Assembly: GCA_043228905.1 (NCBI GenBank)
Contig: JBHGNT010000018.1
Span: forward strand, 6,200,001-6,264,000
Direction: 5' to 3'
Origin: Azolla caroliniana
Taxonomy: Eukaryota > Plantae > Polypodiophyta
DNA: 64,000 nucleotides
The notes under the pieces are model-generated. The model saw only the letters and a program-made list of their open reading frames with translations. It was not told the DNA's origin and did not search any database. Every line of letters starts with the position of its first letter. Positions within the stretch are counted from its first letter, which is position 1. Below, in pieces: positions 11,141-24,232 of the stretch. The position numbers and the translations under genes were made by a program.

Positions 11141-13018
11141 GTGTATGAATGTCACGAAGTATTGTGAATGTGACTTCATGTCTACTTGACATACATCGGT
11201 ATGCACAAGTTCCAGTGGTGCATTTCGTCTCATCGGTGGTCTCGATCGGAAAGAGGTTCGGTTCTGCTTGCCGACCAAACAGTCGGCGCACTTCTCAAAA
11301 TGCACATCTTTCACCTCTGGGATGAGGTTGTCATCGGCAAGTTTCCACATTCCTTTTTGGCTCATGGGACACAATCTCTTGTGCCACAGCTCATTGGCAT
11401 TGTCGGATGCAATGTTCAGTTCTTCCTGGCAAATCCGGGCATGCATCAGGTACAGTGTGTTGATCTTCCGGGCTCGGGCCACAATCAGGCTTCCTTTGCA
11501 AAACTTCATGACTCCGTTCTAGATGCTACCCATGTAGCCTTCATCATATAGCCGCCCAACTGATATTAGGTTCAACCGAACCTCCGGAACGTGTCAGACA
11601 TCTATCGACAACATCTTGCACCTGGTAGATATCGTCAACAACACATATTCTATGAAGACAATTCGGCATGCACCTTCATTTCCCATTCGGACAGAACCGT
11701 GATCTCCGGCTCAATACAATGAGAAGCATTTCTGGTCGTGGGTCAGATGGAACGACGCCCTTCCAAAATCTTTCCAAAATCTTCTTTCCAAAATCTTCTT
11801 TAGTTCCAGAATATCGGCACCCCCTTTGGCTTCCGGAAGTGTCGGCTATTCTTCTAGAAGTGCCCTAGATTTCCGCAATAAAAGCAAGTGGGCCTCCCCC
11901 TTGACTTCGACCTCATCCCCAATTTGTCCCGATTATGGGGACTCCGATTCCGGCCTCTTCCTTGGTTATGGTCATCCTCCGTGACCAAGGCCTTCGGATC
12001 GGTTCCACACTCCTGGTCCTTCCGATGAGCTTCTTCATCCGGCAAGCTTGATTTTACCCTTGCCAGGGGCAAATGTTTTCCTTCCAGCTCGGCGTTGCCC
12101 AAAGTGACAACTAGTGTCTCCCAACTATCCGAGAGGGAACCAAACAGGAGCAATGCAAGTACCTAGTCGGCCAGAGGTACTTCCAACGAGGTTGTTTGAT
12201 TTATGAACCCCTGGAAAGCATTCATGTGCTCTGCCATGCTGGATCCGTCCTAGTACTGGAGTCTCACTAACTTTTGGAATACCAAAACCCGATTTACGGC
12301 GTTTTTTTTCTCCAACATGGTACCAATTTTCCCCCAGAGCTCATTTGCCTTATTCTCTTCATTGAAGTTATTGTACAGACTCATGTCGATGAAGCATCTT
12401 ATGTATGTCGTCGTCTTCATATGCATCACCTCCCAAGTCGCGACATCGATCTTGTTCGGCTTCTTGTCTCCAAATTGTACTGGCAGCCAGAGATCTTTAA
12501 CCACTACCGTGTCCCTCATCTTCGACTTCCACACTGGGTAGTTGGAGCCAGTCAGCTTGAACATGCTCCCGAATGATTCTTCCATTTTTATTTCTTTGTT
12601 TGAAGTTTACAACTTCGCTCTGATACCAGATTGTGAGGAATAGCTCTCGGCAACAACCGAGTCTTAAACTCAAAATGGATATTAAAACACTTACACAGAC
12701 AACAGAGAGGACACAGGATGTTTACGTGGAAAACCCTAATAGGGAAAAACCAAGGGAGCCCACTAACTCCAACTATCACTATAAGGAGAGGATACAATGT
12801 GAGACTCAGAGGCAATGACAATATACAACAATATCTCTACAACCATCGACTCCTTTAAAGTTATTGCCCTAAGTCATATTTATACTTATATGACTTTAGG
12901 ACTATTTACAGATATGGGCATGACAAGCATACTAGAAACATATTTACAAATATGTCCCTGGATCCGTCCGGTCCGGTTCGTCTGATCCGTCCCATCCGGA
13001 GGGACCGAATTCCCAACA
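11141..13018 (-). mobile_element. Degenerate copia, 5' half with 5' LTR (12632-13018) and PBS (12617-12628)
   Basis: Gag FKLTGSNYPVWK, CFYCG knuckle, LWHKRL, LELVHTDVC; iMet PBS next to a TG...CA LTR. Confidence 0.88.
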
Positions 13019-15171
13019 TGTGCTTGGTTTGCCTACATTGGTGTAGTTGACATAGTCTAGGCCTAGTTGATAGAACTTTGTCGGCGTTTGAACTCGTCTG
13101 GTTAAGGGTTTAGGGTTTAGGGTATAGATCGGGTCGGATCCTTTGATCAGCTCTGTTGGTCGATCAACATTTGTTGAACCACTTATATCAGGATTAGCTC
13201 TAGGGGTTATCGTACCGTCTCGTGATGGAGAGAGTGCGAACTTTGGGTCTGTTCCCATATCGACAATGCTCGCAAAAGTTCTTCTTTGCTTGGAGTTTCG
13301 GAATGTAGCCGACCGCCATTAGCTAATTGAGTCCGACTGGAGACATATGGCCAAGTCGGCCATGCCATAGGTACGGGTCGGTCTTTTCGGCTACGTTCAT
13401 GGCCCCTTCTGGATTGATCGCCATCATTGGGTACTAGTTATTGTACGTGTGCCCGCTTCTGATTCTTAGATTACCTCAACTGATCATCCATGCCGACTCA
13501 TTGAGAGTCGTATGGTACCCGTCTTCGGCTAACATGCCGATGGAGACTAGACTCCTTTTCAAATCGGGTACATGCCGAACTTGGTGCAACCTGATCATGT
13601 TGCCATTCATTAGCTGGATGGGGACCTCTCCAATCCCTGCGATTATGTACTCCTACCCATTGCCTAGTCGGACTATGCCACTGGCTTCGGCCGAATAGTT
13701 TGAAAACCATTCAATGTTAGGGGTTACATGGAATGTGGCACCGGAATCCAACAACCATGTATTTGCATCTTGCACACTATAGAGGACTTCTCTGATCATC
13801 AAATCCTCTAGGGAGAGGATTTCTCCCGATCGGGTGTCGACAACATTGACTTGGTTACCGACTGGAGAGTGGTTCGAGTCAGATCATGCTCAATTCAGCT
13901 TGCATCTCCGACCACTCTTTTTCCTCTTGATCAACCAACAGTCGTAAATGTTTTGATAGGCTTTTCTGCAATGGGTGCAGAAATCACTTGGTCGGCTATT
14001 TCTTGACTTCGACCGATGTTGGTTTCCCATCGTTTTCGACCAATTGGTGTTGTGACCAGTTATGTCAGCTTTGTCTCTCAATCGGCTGAATTGGTCGAGT
14101 GGTGGGCTTTTGCTGACTCGTCGATGGTGAGTCCCATCGATTTTCTCCTAATATCCTTAGTGAGGGCTTGTCCGGTTGTCTCGTCTGAATTGAGATTTGG
14201 ATAGTTGTTGGCAAATCTCATGCAGAAAACCTCCCAACTCGCCGGCAAGCTCGATAGGAGGGCAAGTGCTTTCACTTCTTTGAAGTTGATTCCTTGGGAG
14301 AAGAGTTCAGACAACACCTAGATGAAGGTGTTGATGTGGGAGGTGGCTGGATTGGTTTCTCTCATCTTCATGTTGAACAATTGTCTGATCAATATCAATT
14401 TCGAAGATGAGGACTTCTTTTCGTACACAACCTGCAACTTCTCCCATAACTAGAATGTTGTTGTCTCCTTGGCCATGTTGAAGTAGACTTTTTCGGCCAA
14501 ATGCATTTAGATGGTGGAGCGCGCAATTTCGTCTATGGATCTCCACTCTTCGGTTGTCATTGAAGCAGGTGTTTCATTGTGTCAAATGGCTTCGACCTGT
14601 CTTTTGATGATAAATACATCCTGCATCATCTCCTTACACAAGGCAAAGTTTTTGCCATCGAACTTTCGGATTTCAACACCTATATCGGATGTTGAAGCCA
14701 TGTTCTTTTTGAGAAATGAGATTTTTATTGACCTTGTCTTTTATTTCAGGTTTCTTTGTTGTTTTGTTGCCGTTGAACAACAAGTCGCTCTGATACCACT
14801 TCATGGAACGGTGTACAATACGTATGCGGAAATATGTGAGGACTTGTAGGTTATGTGCACAACAAACAACAAGGATATGCAACAGGGAAGAAAACAGTAA
14901 ATCAACACACAGATAGAGCTTCAATGGAGGTTCTCATTATTCTGTAACTCTCTCTCTACAAGACTCAAGATACAAGATTAGGTTAGTTACAATGTTAGGG
15001 TTGAGCTTATATACTCAAGCCCTAGCTTCAAGACGTGTTCACACTAGGATACATGGCGAAAGGAGTCCGCCTTTTATGCCAACAATTATGAAGGGGTTTG
15101 ACAATATTAAGTCCAAAATGACGACTTTGCATGCCAAAAACACTAGATTACAGAAGATATTCCCTTTAACA
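13019..15171 (-). mobile_element. Degenerate copia, 5' part with PBS (14787-14798) and LTR (about 14801-15171); integrase core deleted
   Basis: Gag start MASTSDIGVEIRKFDGKNF; same family as 9600-11140; iMet PBS. Confidence 0.85.
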
Positions 15172-16190
15172 AATATTGTGTACAAGATTTTGGGGTAAAA
15201 GGTTACGACAATGGTATTTTCCAAAAGTAAAACAAGAACTTAGAACCCTAATATTCATGAAGAAGAAGAAAATAAATTCCTAAGACCTCAAGTACGTTGA
15301 GGAGAAGAAGATGATGATGATGATGATGAAGAAGAAAAGAATAAACAAAGAAAATAAGTTCAAGACTAGAGCTTCAAGGGGAGATCCTCAAGTTTCAGTG
15401 CAACGTCCCAACGAACGATGGCCACGTCGCCTCTTGTCAATGTTGGTTTTGCACGGCCTCTTGATTCGCAACCCTACCTCTCTCTTTGAATTTTGACAAC
15501 AATTCCACGTCTCTTCTTAGCATGCACCATGCTTTTTCTTTCCATTTGCATGAACTCTTTTTTCCTTTTGGCACCTGATGCTAACAAAAAACTTTGACCT
15601 CCGACTCATAGTACAAGCTTTTACCAATTGAGCTAAGCCTTTTAGTTGTATTCAACTCCAACTCACAATATGTCTTTCCTACCAAACCTCGATCTATCAT
15701 TCAACTTTTTTAATATTCCTAGTTTAATTTAAATCCTCCTATGCATTTCCCACATCACGACAACGTGACTGAGTTGGAAAGCGTGACCAAGAGCATGAGC
15801 TTGAGCTTGAAAGTGAGGGAGTGAACGAGTGAGTTAGAGAGATCGAGAGAGAGAGATACCACAAAATGACAATCGAATAAACAAATAACATCAATGAGAG
15901 AGGCTTTATATATATAGCCATTGCAAGGCATCATTATGTGATGCTACGAAAAACATTGCTCTACAATGCACATGGAAAATGTGTTGCCTCTTCCACGTCA
16001 CCAATTGCATCACACAACATTGGTAATTAAGCAATGCAACTAGCAACGACCATAACGACGTTTGTTTCACATCGTTATGGCCTTGTTCTACAATAATGAT
16101 TTCATATTCCTCTTAGAGCTCATAGAGAATTCACAAGGTCAACTTCCACTCATTTCCATGCTTCATATGAATAATGTTGTAGACACCACA

Positions 16191-16733
16191 TGTTGGGAAA
16201 CAGGTCCCTCCAGATGGGAAGAGAACGAACCGAGTCGGATGGAGTAAATAAGTATTTCAGCTAAGGCCGAGATCAAAATTGAAACCGAGATCGGGAGACC
16301 ATATATGTAAATAGTCTAAATGTGCCCCTTGTGGGCTATGTATGTAAATAGCCAGAAAGTTGAAAATGTATAAATACAACTAGGGAAAACTTTAAAGCGA
16401 GGAGAAAAACATAAATGTAATAAGTTGCTGAGAAGGTAGTTGCCTCCGTAACTGTGAAAGGAAGAGAATGTAAGAGTTAGTAACTCCATAGTCGTCTGTC
16501 CGATGAAGAAGAACTCAAGGTCATTGTCGTTGAGATTCTTATTGTACTACTTCTCTATCATAGTGATTCTGTTTCTCGGGATTTGTGGACCCTGTGGTTT
16601 TTTCCTTTCGGTTTTTCCATGTAAAACATCGTGTGTCTCTATACTTATCTTTCTGCTTTCTAGTTTAGCTGACTGTGTACTATCTATACCGACTCTTTGC
16701 ACCCGAACATTCGAAGTAGAACCGGTTGCCATC
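16191..16733 (+). repeat. Solo/orphan copia LTR
   Basis: Starts tgttgggaaacaggtccctccagatggg like the LTR at 9070 and shares its internal blocks. No TSD recognised; right end approximate. Confidence 0.75.
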
Positions 16734-17595
16734 TTGTTTGCAAGCAGTTAAAAAGCTTCTAGAAAAATGTAAAGGATATATATTGTTCATGGTTCAATGA
16801 TTTAGTTAAGGTAATTGATACAAATGGACAAAGTTTCAACTTCTTAAAATGCAAGATGAGTGTGTCATGACAAGATGTTTGGAATGATAAATGAAGCATT
16901 TTTCGAGATTCTTGCGTACGTAAAATTGAAAGACCTTGAACTCACGCTTAGAATGCTGGCATATAATTGTGAATAACCTTGAATTGTAACAACTAAATGT
17001 AGAAATTGTTGTGGCTCAAAATGAATAGCCAAGGTTAGAAAACTAGTAATTAGGATTTAGGGGATGTGAAGCAAATATTGGGAGCATATTAGTAGGCATA
17101 AGTAAAAAAAAATGTAAAATATTTTATTTGAAGGAGAATTTATTAAAAAAACACAAAACAATGATCCCTTCTCATTTGGATGCCTCTTGACCTTGAGAGC
17201 CTCGTAACCTTCATGCATTATTGTAGAATACTTAACATGTAATACTCGTTGAATACGCATGCTAAGTATTCTAAAAGTATTTTACCTTTTTTCAAATACT
17301 TAGAATATTCTATAGATAAAATATTTTAAATACTGTGAAATGCACATAAGAGATCAAAACCAGCCTAGTTAGCTTCTTACTTCTTACTCAATTTAAATTT
17401 CATACAAAGGTACCCATTTGGGTTGGCTTAGCCAAAAAGGGTGTGCTAAAAGGGTGGGTCGACTTAGGTACATGCATCCTAAAAAGGGTATATGCTAAAA
17501 GGGTGGCACAAAGGAACACATGCACACCAAATTTCCCCCCTGAGAGAAACAAGACACCAAGGAGCAGCAACAGGGAACAAGAACATGAGCAATAG

Positions 17596-20500
17596 TATTA
17601 TAGATCTAGGTACTAAAGTAAGCTTAAGATAAGGATAAAGTAATGATAGATAGAAAGGAGAAAGAGAAAGAAGGGTGCCGATCCACCCGACCACCCCCGA
17701 GCGAAGGGATCGAGACGGACTCGAGCCTCGATCGGCGTCCCATACCACTGTCGTGGCGTCGAGTCGTACCTGGTGCTGGCGCGCTCGCTACAAGAGTTGA
17801 CCCACCACAAGAGCAGAGTCTCGATGTAGTCAAAAGATGATCAAATGAGGGTAGCTAGGCCTCTTATTTATAGCGATACCCAAGGCCCCCAGGCAAGTTC
17901 ACACTTGACCTAATGGGTTGTCTCAATCCCGAGGATTAAAAGTAATCCTCCCCTTCTTTACACTCTCGTTTAACCCTCACACTTATCCACGTGTATAGAA
18001 TACTACGGTAAATTCTCACCACGGGATATTATATGGTCATGCCCGTAACATACTCCCCCTCTTTAAAACATTGCACTCTTGCAATGGAAAGTTAGGGAAG
18101 TTAGTTCTAAGAGTATTTTCGCGTTCCCATGTGGCATCTTTTATTGATTTATCCATCCATTTTATTTTAAATTCTCAGATTTCTTTTGTATGTAATTTTT
18201 TTGTTTTAACATCGAGAATTATTTCTGGTACATGTGGTTTAGAAGATAATTCTTCAGAAGTAACCAGAGTTTCAGTTGTGACTGTATTGTCGCCAGAACC
18301 TAGAAGTTCTTTTAGACGACTCACATGAAAGACTGGATGAATTCCAACACCATCGAGAAGAGCGAGACGATAGGCTAATGACCCAATGCGTTTGAGGACT
18401 GTAAAAGGTCCACAAAACCGTGGGGCTAACTTAGCGCACTTACCCGTAGACAATGTCTTAGAATTGTGAGGTACACGTAAAAATACCTTCTGTCCAGGGT
18501 TGAATACACGAGGTTGCCTATGATGATCAGCATAAAAACGCGCTCTATCTTGAGCTGTTTTTATATTATCTCGTGCAATATGCAACATATCTTGCATATC
18601 CCGAAGAAAGTTTTGCGTACTTCGCAACTCATCATGATGTATATTAACATCAATCGGGGCTCATGGCTGAAAACCATACATCAACATAAAAGGACTATAT
18701 CCCGTCGACGTATGCTTGGAGCTGTTATAAGCAAACTCCAAAATTGGGAGATAACATTCCCATTTTGTTGGTTTTGCACCAACGTATGCTCAAAGCATGT
18801 CCTCAATAATTTGATTTACTCGTTCTGTCTGTCCATCGGATTGAGGATGATCCGTGGAGCTCATGCTCAACGTAGTTTCTAACTTCTTAAAGACTTGCGT
18901 CTAGAAGTCACTAATAAACTTTGGATCTCGATCACTCACGATATCCATCGACAACCCATAAAAACAAAATAATTCGTCAACAAATTGGTAAGCCAATTCA
19001 GGAGCTGTTACCGTGGTTTTAGTAGCAATAAATCTGGCCATTTTAGTTAGTTGATCAACGACAACCCAGATGGCATCATGACCTTTTTGGGTGCGAGGAA
19101 GGCTAACAATAAAATCCATGGATATACTTTCCCACTTATTATTGGGAATGTCCAAGGGATGTAAAAGTCCTACGGCTTTAAGTCGCTCGGCTTTGTTAAC
19201 CTAACATTGGTGACATTTAGTCACATAGCTACGTATGTCAGGACGCATCTTAGGCCAATAAAATTGAGTGGAGATGAGAACGAGTGTACGATGTATTCCA
19301 GGGTGCCCTGTTGAGGGTGCATCATGGCATTCAAAAAGAATCCTCTTTTTGAACTCAGGTAAATCTGGAACACAAACCTTCCCATTACGGTAGAGCAAAC
19401 CGTTAGCAATGTGGAAGTATTCCTTCAAGGATGTGGTGGTGTCTGTTCCAGACTCAACTCTTGCCCAGTATTTTGCGAAATAACAGTCATCAAGATACTT
19501 TCCTCGAAGGTGATCATAAAGATCTGATGATATTTCAGCGAAGCTAAGCGTGTTAACTTCACGGATGCGACTTAGTGCATCAGCGACAGTGTTCATGGAA
19601 CCTTTACGATATCGTATGGAAAAATCAAAGTCCTGGATGAGATCATCCCATCGTGCCTTACGACCTTTCAGGTCTTGTTGGTCACAAAAATATTTCAAGG
19701 ACTCGTGGTCCGTTGTTACCACAAAGCGATTTCCATAAAGATAATGGCGCCATGTTTTGAGCGCATGTATAATTGCAAATAATTCCTTTTCTTACTCTCG
19801 AATGCTATTGGTTTACCATCTTGATACAAGACAGCACCTATAGCATAATCGCTGGCATCGGTTTCAACCTCAAAAGGTTTTGAAGGATTAGGTAAAAGAA
19901 GTGAAGGAGCCTTGCAAACCAGGTCCTTGAGTTCCTTAAAGGCGAGGTCTAGTGTACCATTCCACACAATAGGTTTTGTAGACTTACGCGTTTGACCTTT
20001 TAAAAGATCAGTAAACGGTGTCGTCAATTGGGAGTAATTACGAAGAGACTTTCGCAAAAACCCGACAAAACCAAGGAATGATCGAACTTCTCGAATATTC
20101 CGAAGAGTGGGCCAAAGCTTGATTTTCTCAATGCGAGAAGGATCAATTTCAACTCCTCGTTCGGTTATGAGATGTCCAAGATAAGTAATTGATTTCTTGA
20201 AGAACTCACATTTTGAGATCTTCGCATAAAACTGTTTGTCACGCAATGTTTGTAAAACAAAGCGGACATGTCTAGCATGTTCTTGTAATGTACGGCTATA
20301 AACTAAAATATCATCCAAGAAAATAACGACAAATTTTCCAAGTTGTTCTCGGAAAATGTCATTCATTTCTTGTTGAAATGTAGCCGGAGCATTGGTCAAA
20401 CCAAAAGGCATAACCAAAAACTCGTAATGGCCATAGCGCGTACGAAATGTCGTTTTAGGAACATCATCCTCACTTATTCGTATTTGATGGTAGCCAGTAC

Positions 20501-23470
20501 GGAGATCAAGTTTCGTAAAATACCGAGCTCCCTGGAGACGGTCAATTAGATCGTCAACCCGGGGCAATGGGTACGAATTCTTGATCGTCACTTTATTCAA
20601 GCGTCGGTAATTAATACACATACGCCATGTGCCCTCTTTCTTTTTTACCAAGAGAACTGGTGCACCCCATGGAGATTTCCTTTAACGTATATAACCCATT
20701 CGTAAATAGTCCTTGAGTTGCTTAGATACCTCATCTTCTTCAGATCGACTTAAGCAATACGGAGGTATACTTATTGGTGCAACACCAGGTACAATATCTA
20801 TACGATGGTCTATATTACGTTTAGGAGGTAACCCATCAGGTAGTTCACTTGGAAAAACATCATGAAAATCATTTACGATTTCATCAAGTTGTTGTTGTTC
20901 AAAATATGTTAATTGAACCAGGACATTATCGATATTGTAAATGTGAATGTCCGGATCAAGTACACAATAAAATAATGTAGAACAAGACAACTCAGATATT
21001 GATGGACACGAGGAAACAATCGAGAGGGATTGTTTTTTTACACATTGAATAAAATGCATACAATCGTTCAGTACAAAAGAAATGGAATGACGAACCCAAT
21101 CAATAAATAAAGAAGAGTTTTTATTATAAAACCAGGGATAACCCAGTATTACATCGGTGGTACAAAGATTCATTACATGGAAGTCTACTTCCTCTATATA
21201 AGTATCAATAGAAATTCCTAATGAATGAATCGCCCCGTTGATGTATTGTACTCTTCCATCAGCCAAGTGCACCGTGTAGGTGTGATCACTTACGGTTGGA
21301 TTCCCCATATCTGAACCAAACGATCATTCACAAAATTGTGTGAGCTTCCCGAATCAAATAAAAATTGTACGAGAGATCCATTGATATACCCGTTTGCACG
21401 TAGTAAATCATTGGGACCCAATACATAGTGAGGGAAAGAACATTGACAATTACTTAAATGATGTGTATAGACCTGAAGGACATTAGGAATCTGACCTTTA
21501 TGGTCTGCAGCTTTAGCTTTGTTGTCGTGCTCTTTCCGTTGGAGCTTTCAACATTGATCTTTTGTATGACCCTTCTTTTTGCAGAATACACAAAAAGGAT
21601 GTTGTCGCTTACAATCGCGATCCAGGAATTCGTTGGGTGTCTTGCGTTTCCCAACAAGTTGTGACTGCTTAGTCCCGGGCGCTTCGTTGGGTTTGTTGTG
21701 GTCCTTCTTCGAAGTGCGTTGATAGCGAAGAACTATTTCAACGGCCTCTTCGAAGGATTTTGGATCCTTATCGTGCACTATCCAGTGATAGTCCGAATTG
21801 GGGATGCCATTGATAAAACAAGCTATCAACCAATTGTCCCCTTCTAGACCCGATTTTTGGATTTGGGTTCTAGCATGGTGAACATAGTCTTCTAGCGAGG
21901 AAAATTTCCTGCTAGAGAGGTTCATTAAAGCTTGTGTTGCCTTGGTTCGAGAGGGAGGTTGCAGAAATTGGCCCTTAAAAACCGTGACAAAATCTGTCCA
22001 GGTATCAGGCAATTTCCCCATAGTACGGAGCCCACGCCACCAGGCGGCGGCCTTACCCCCGAGTTCTCGGCCGACATATGCAATCTTCGTACTATTTGGC
22101 GTGGGATAGAGCTCAAAATGAGACTCCCATCGTCCCAGCCATGTGCAGATTGCTTCTTCGGTTCTTTCCTTTTTGTCTCCCGTAAATGGCTTAACGACAA
22201 ATGATGGTTCACTTTGTCGCTCATCAGGTCTATTAGTCTCACGTTGTAGATTAATGACACGTGCCTCAAGAGCACTCTGAGATTGCCGAAGTTCGGTCAT
22301 CTGTTGAGCGATGAAACTAAGGTATTGGGTTATTTGTGCCAAATACATCTCAGTGGACATTTGTCCAGGAGGATTCCTTTGAGTTCCTTCCGCTTGAGCG
22401 GATGACATCGGGTCGTTAATTTGAGCCATTAAAGATTATTTCTGGAAAAGAAATAGGACAAGGTCAGAGATATAGTCATAACATCATGTCGTGATGTAAA
22501 CATATCATGGGCAAGCATTAATCGATATCATTATCTCACGTCAATACCCCTCTAGACGTATGAGATGAGGTTCAAGATCAGGTTACTATGGTAACACAAA
22601 GGTGTTTTAAAAACCGTGGGGGTGACAAATAAATGTCTTTCCCTGATCTTGTATGTTCGCGTCATGAATTGTTTATACACGAAAAAAATGTTAACAATAA
22701 ACTATGTTTCGGTGCCCACATATGTGGTTTCGGCTCTTTAAGTCCTATTACGAGGACCCCGAGGTGCACTTAGACCTTAAGTCTAAACATGTGTTATAGT
22801 CATATGTATCAAGGATGGTGTATGGTCTTGGTCATATTTGAACTCAAGACCTCGAGAACAAATACATTAAACACTTGAGCCAACCAAGTAAGTTGCTCTT
22901 CTCGAATGCTTAATGTTTGATGCGTATAAGAGATATGCGAGGCAATTGATCATATATGTTTTTTTTAAAAGAACATATATTTCAAGGGTCCTTATTTCGC
23001 CATCATTTACCAAAACTATGTTGGTACGTTACCTAACCTCAAGTCTCGTAATTACGATGGCATACGCCAAATTGCAACCTAATGGTCAAGCCAAATGAGT
23101 CTTCGTTTCGTAGTAGGCCCACGTGGCCCATCACATGGTCACGTCATTACGAATGTCTTTTGTAAGAACGAGCTCATGGTGGCATCGTATCCATGTAACG
23201 AGGGAGGGATGTTGGATACGTGCATCATTGGAGCGACCTCACTTGAAGTGGGTCAAGCCTTGTAGTGAGCGCGCCAACACCAGGTACGACTCGACGCCAC
23301 GGCGGTGGTATGGGACGTCGATCGAGGCTCGAGTCCATCTCGATCCCTTCGCTCGGGGGTGGTCGGGTGGATCAGCACCCTTCTTTCTCTTTCTCCTTTC
23401 TATCTATCATTACTTTATCCTTATCTTAAACTTACTTTAGTACCTAAAGCATACGGGCATAACCATAACA
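17596..23470 (-). mobile_element. Chromodomain Ty3/gypsy (chromovirus), mildly degenerate, nested in the previous element
   Basis: TSD AATAG at 17591-17595 and 23471-23475. Gag 21548-22429 with [37 protein letters not shown] with GPF motif, chromodomain (IKW...DATWE) at about 18070-18230. PPT at about 18052-18064, 3' LTR 17596-18050. Confidence 0.93.
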
Positions 23471-23970
23471 AATAGCTTGTCGAAGGAGGGGGAGCATCTG
23501 TTGGAGATAGGGCTCCCGAGAAACAAGACACCAAGGAGCAGCAACAGGGGACAAGAACATGAGCAGTGGCTTGTCGAAGGAGGGGGAGCATTTGTTGGAG
23601 ATAGAGATCCCAAGTGGCATTATCCATGTTGGCAGGTTTCGAATGGACATCAATGGACGATTCTAGTGGGAGGTGAGGGTTACGCCAATAGAGTGCTCAA
23701 AAAGGGTTGATCCATGTCGATGCATGTACGAATGTATTGTAGGCGTGGGTGACAAAAGGCAAGATTTGATCCCAGGTTTTGTGGCATGGATCGATGTAAG
23801 TGGCAATCTCTTTCATGAGGGTCTTGTTGAGGCGTTCAGTGAGGTCATTTGTCTGAGGATGGTATGGGGACGTAAACATCTGTTGGACACCGAGTTGAGC
23901 TACAACGGTGTTGAGGACATCCCCGCGGAACTGCCGACCCTGATAGTTGGACGGGGCTAGTGACGGAAAA

Positions 23971-24232
23971 CGAGCTAGCAATCGGCAGATAAAGATCAAA
24001 CGCTTCTGTGGACTAAGGGCCACCTGGACTTGCCTGAGGTGGGGGACAGGAGGGCTATTGTGTACGAGCTAGAAATTGGCGGATAAAGATCAATCGCTCC
24101 TGTGGACTGAGTGCCACCTGGACTTGGCTGAGGTGGGGGACAGGAGAGCTATAGGCTAATATAGATCAATCGCTCCTGTGGACTGAGGGCCACTTGGACT
24201 TGGCTAAGGTGGGGGACAGGAGGGCTATCGTG
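23971..24232. repeat. About 3 tandem copies of a 70-94 bp unit inside the small gypsy leader
   Basis: agatcaa-cgct-ctgtggact...gaggtgggggacaggag-gctat is repeated three times. Confidence 0.85.

Noticed and set aside
13102-13122. TTAAGGG-TTTAGGG-TTTAGGG telomere-like run
   Set aside because: It lies in a variable copia linker and there is no ancestral copy in the window to show it is an insertion.
17596-23470. DIRS-type element suggested by the inverted termini
   Set aside because: It encodes a DDE integrase and chromodomain, has a 5-bp TSD and no tyrosine recombinase, and the sister copy has normal direct LTRs.
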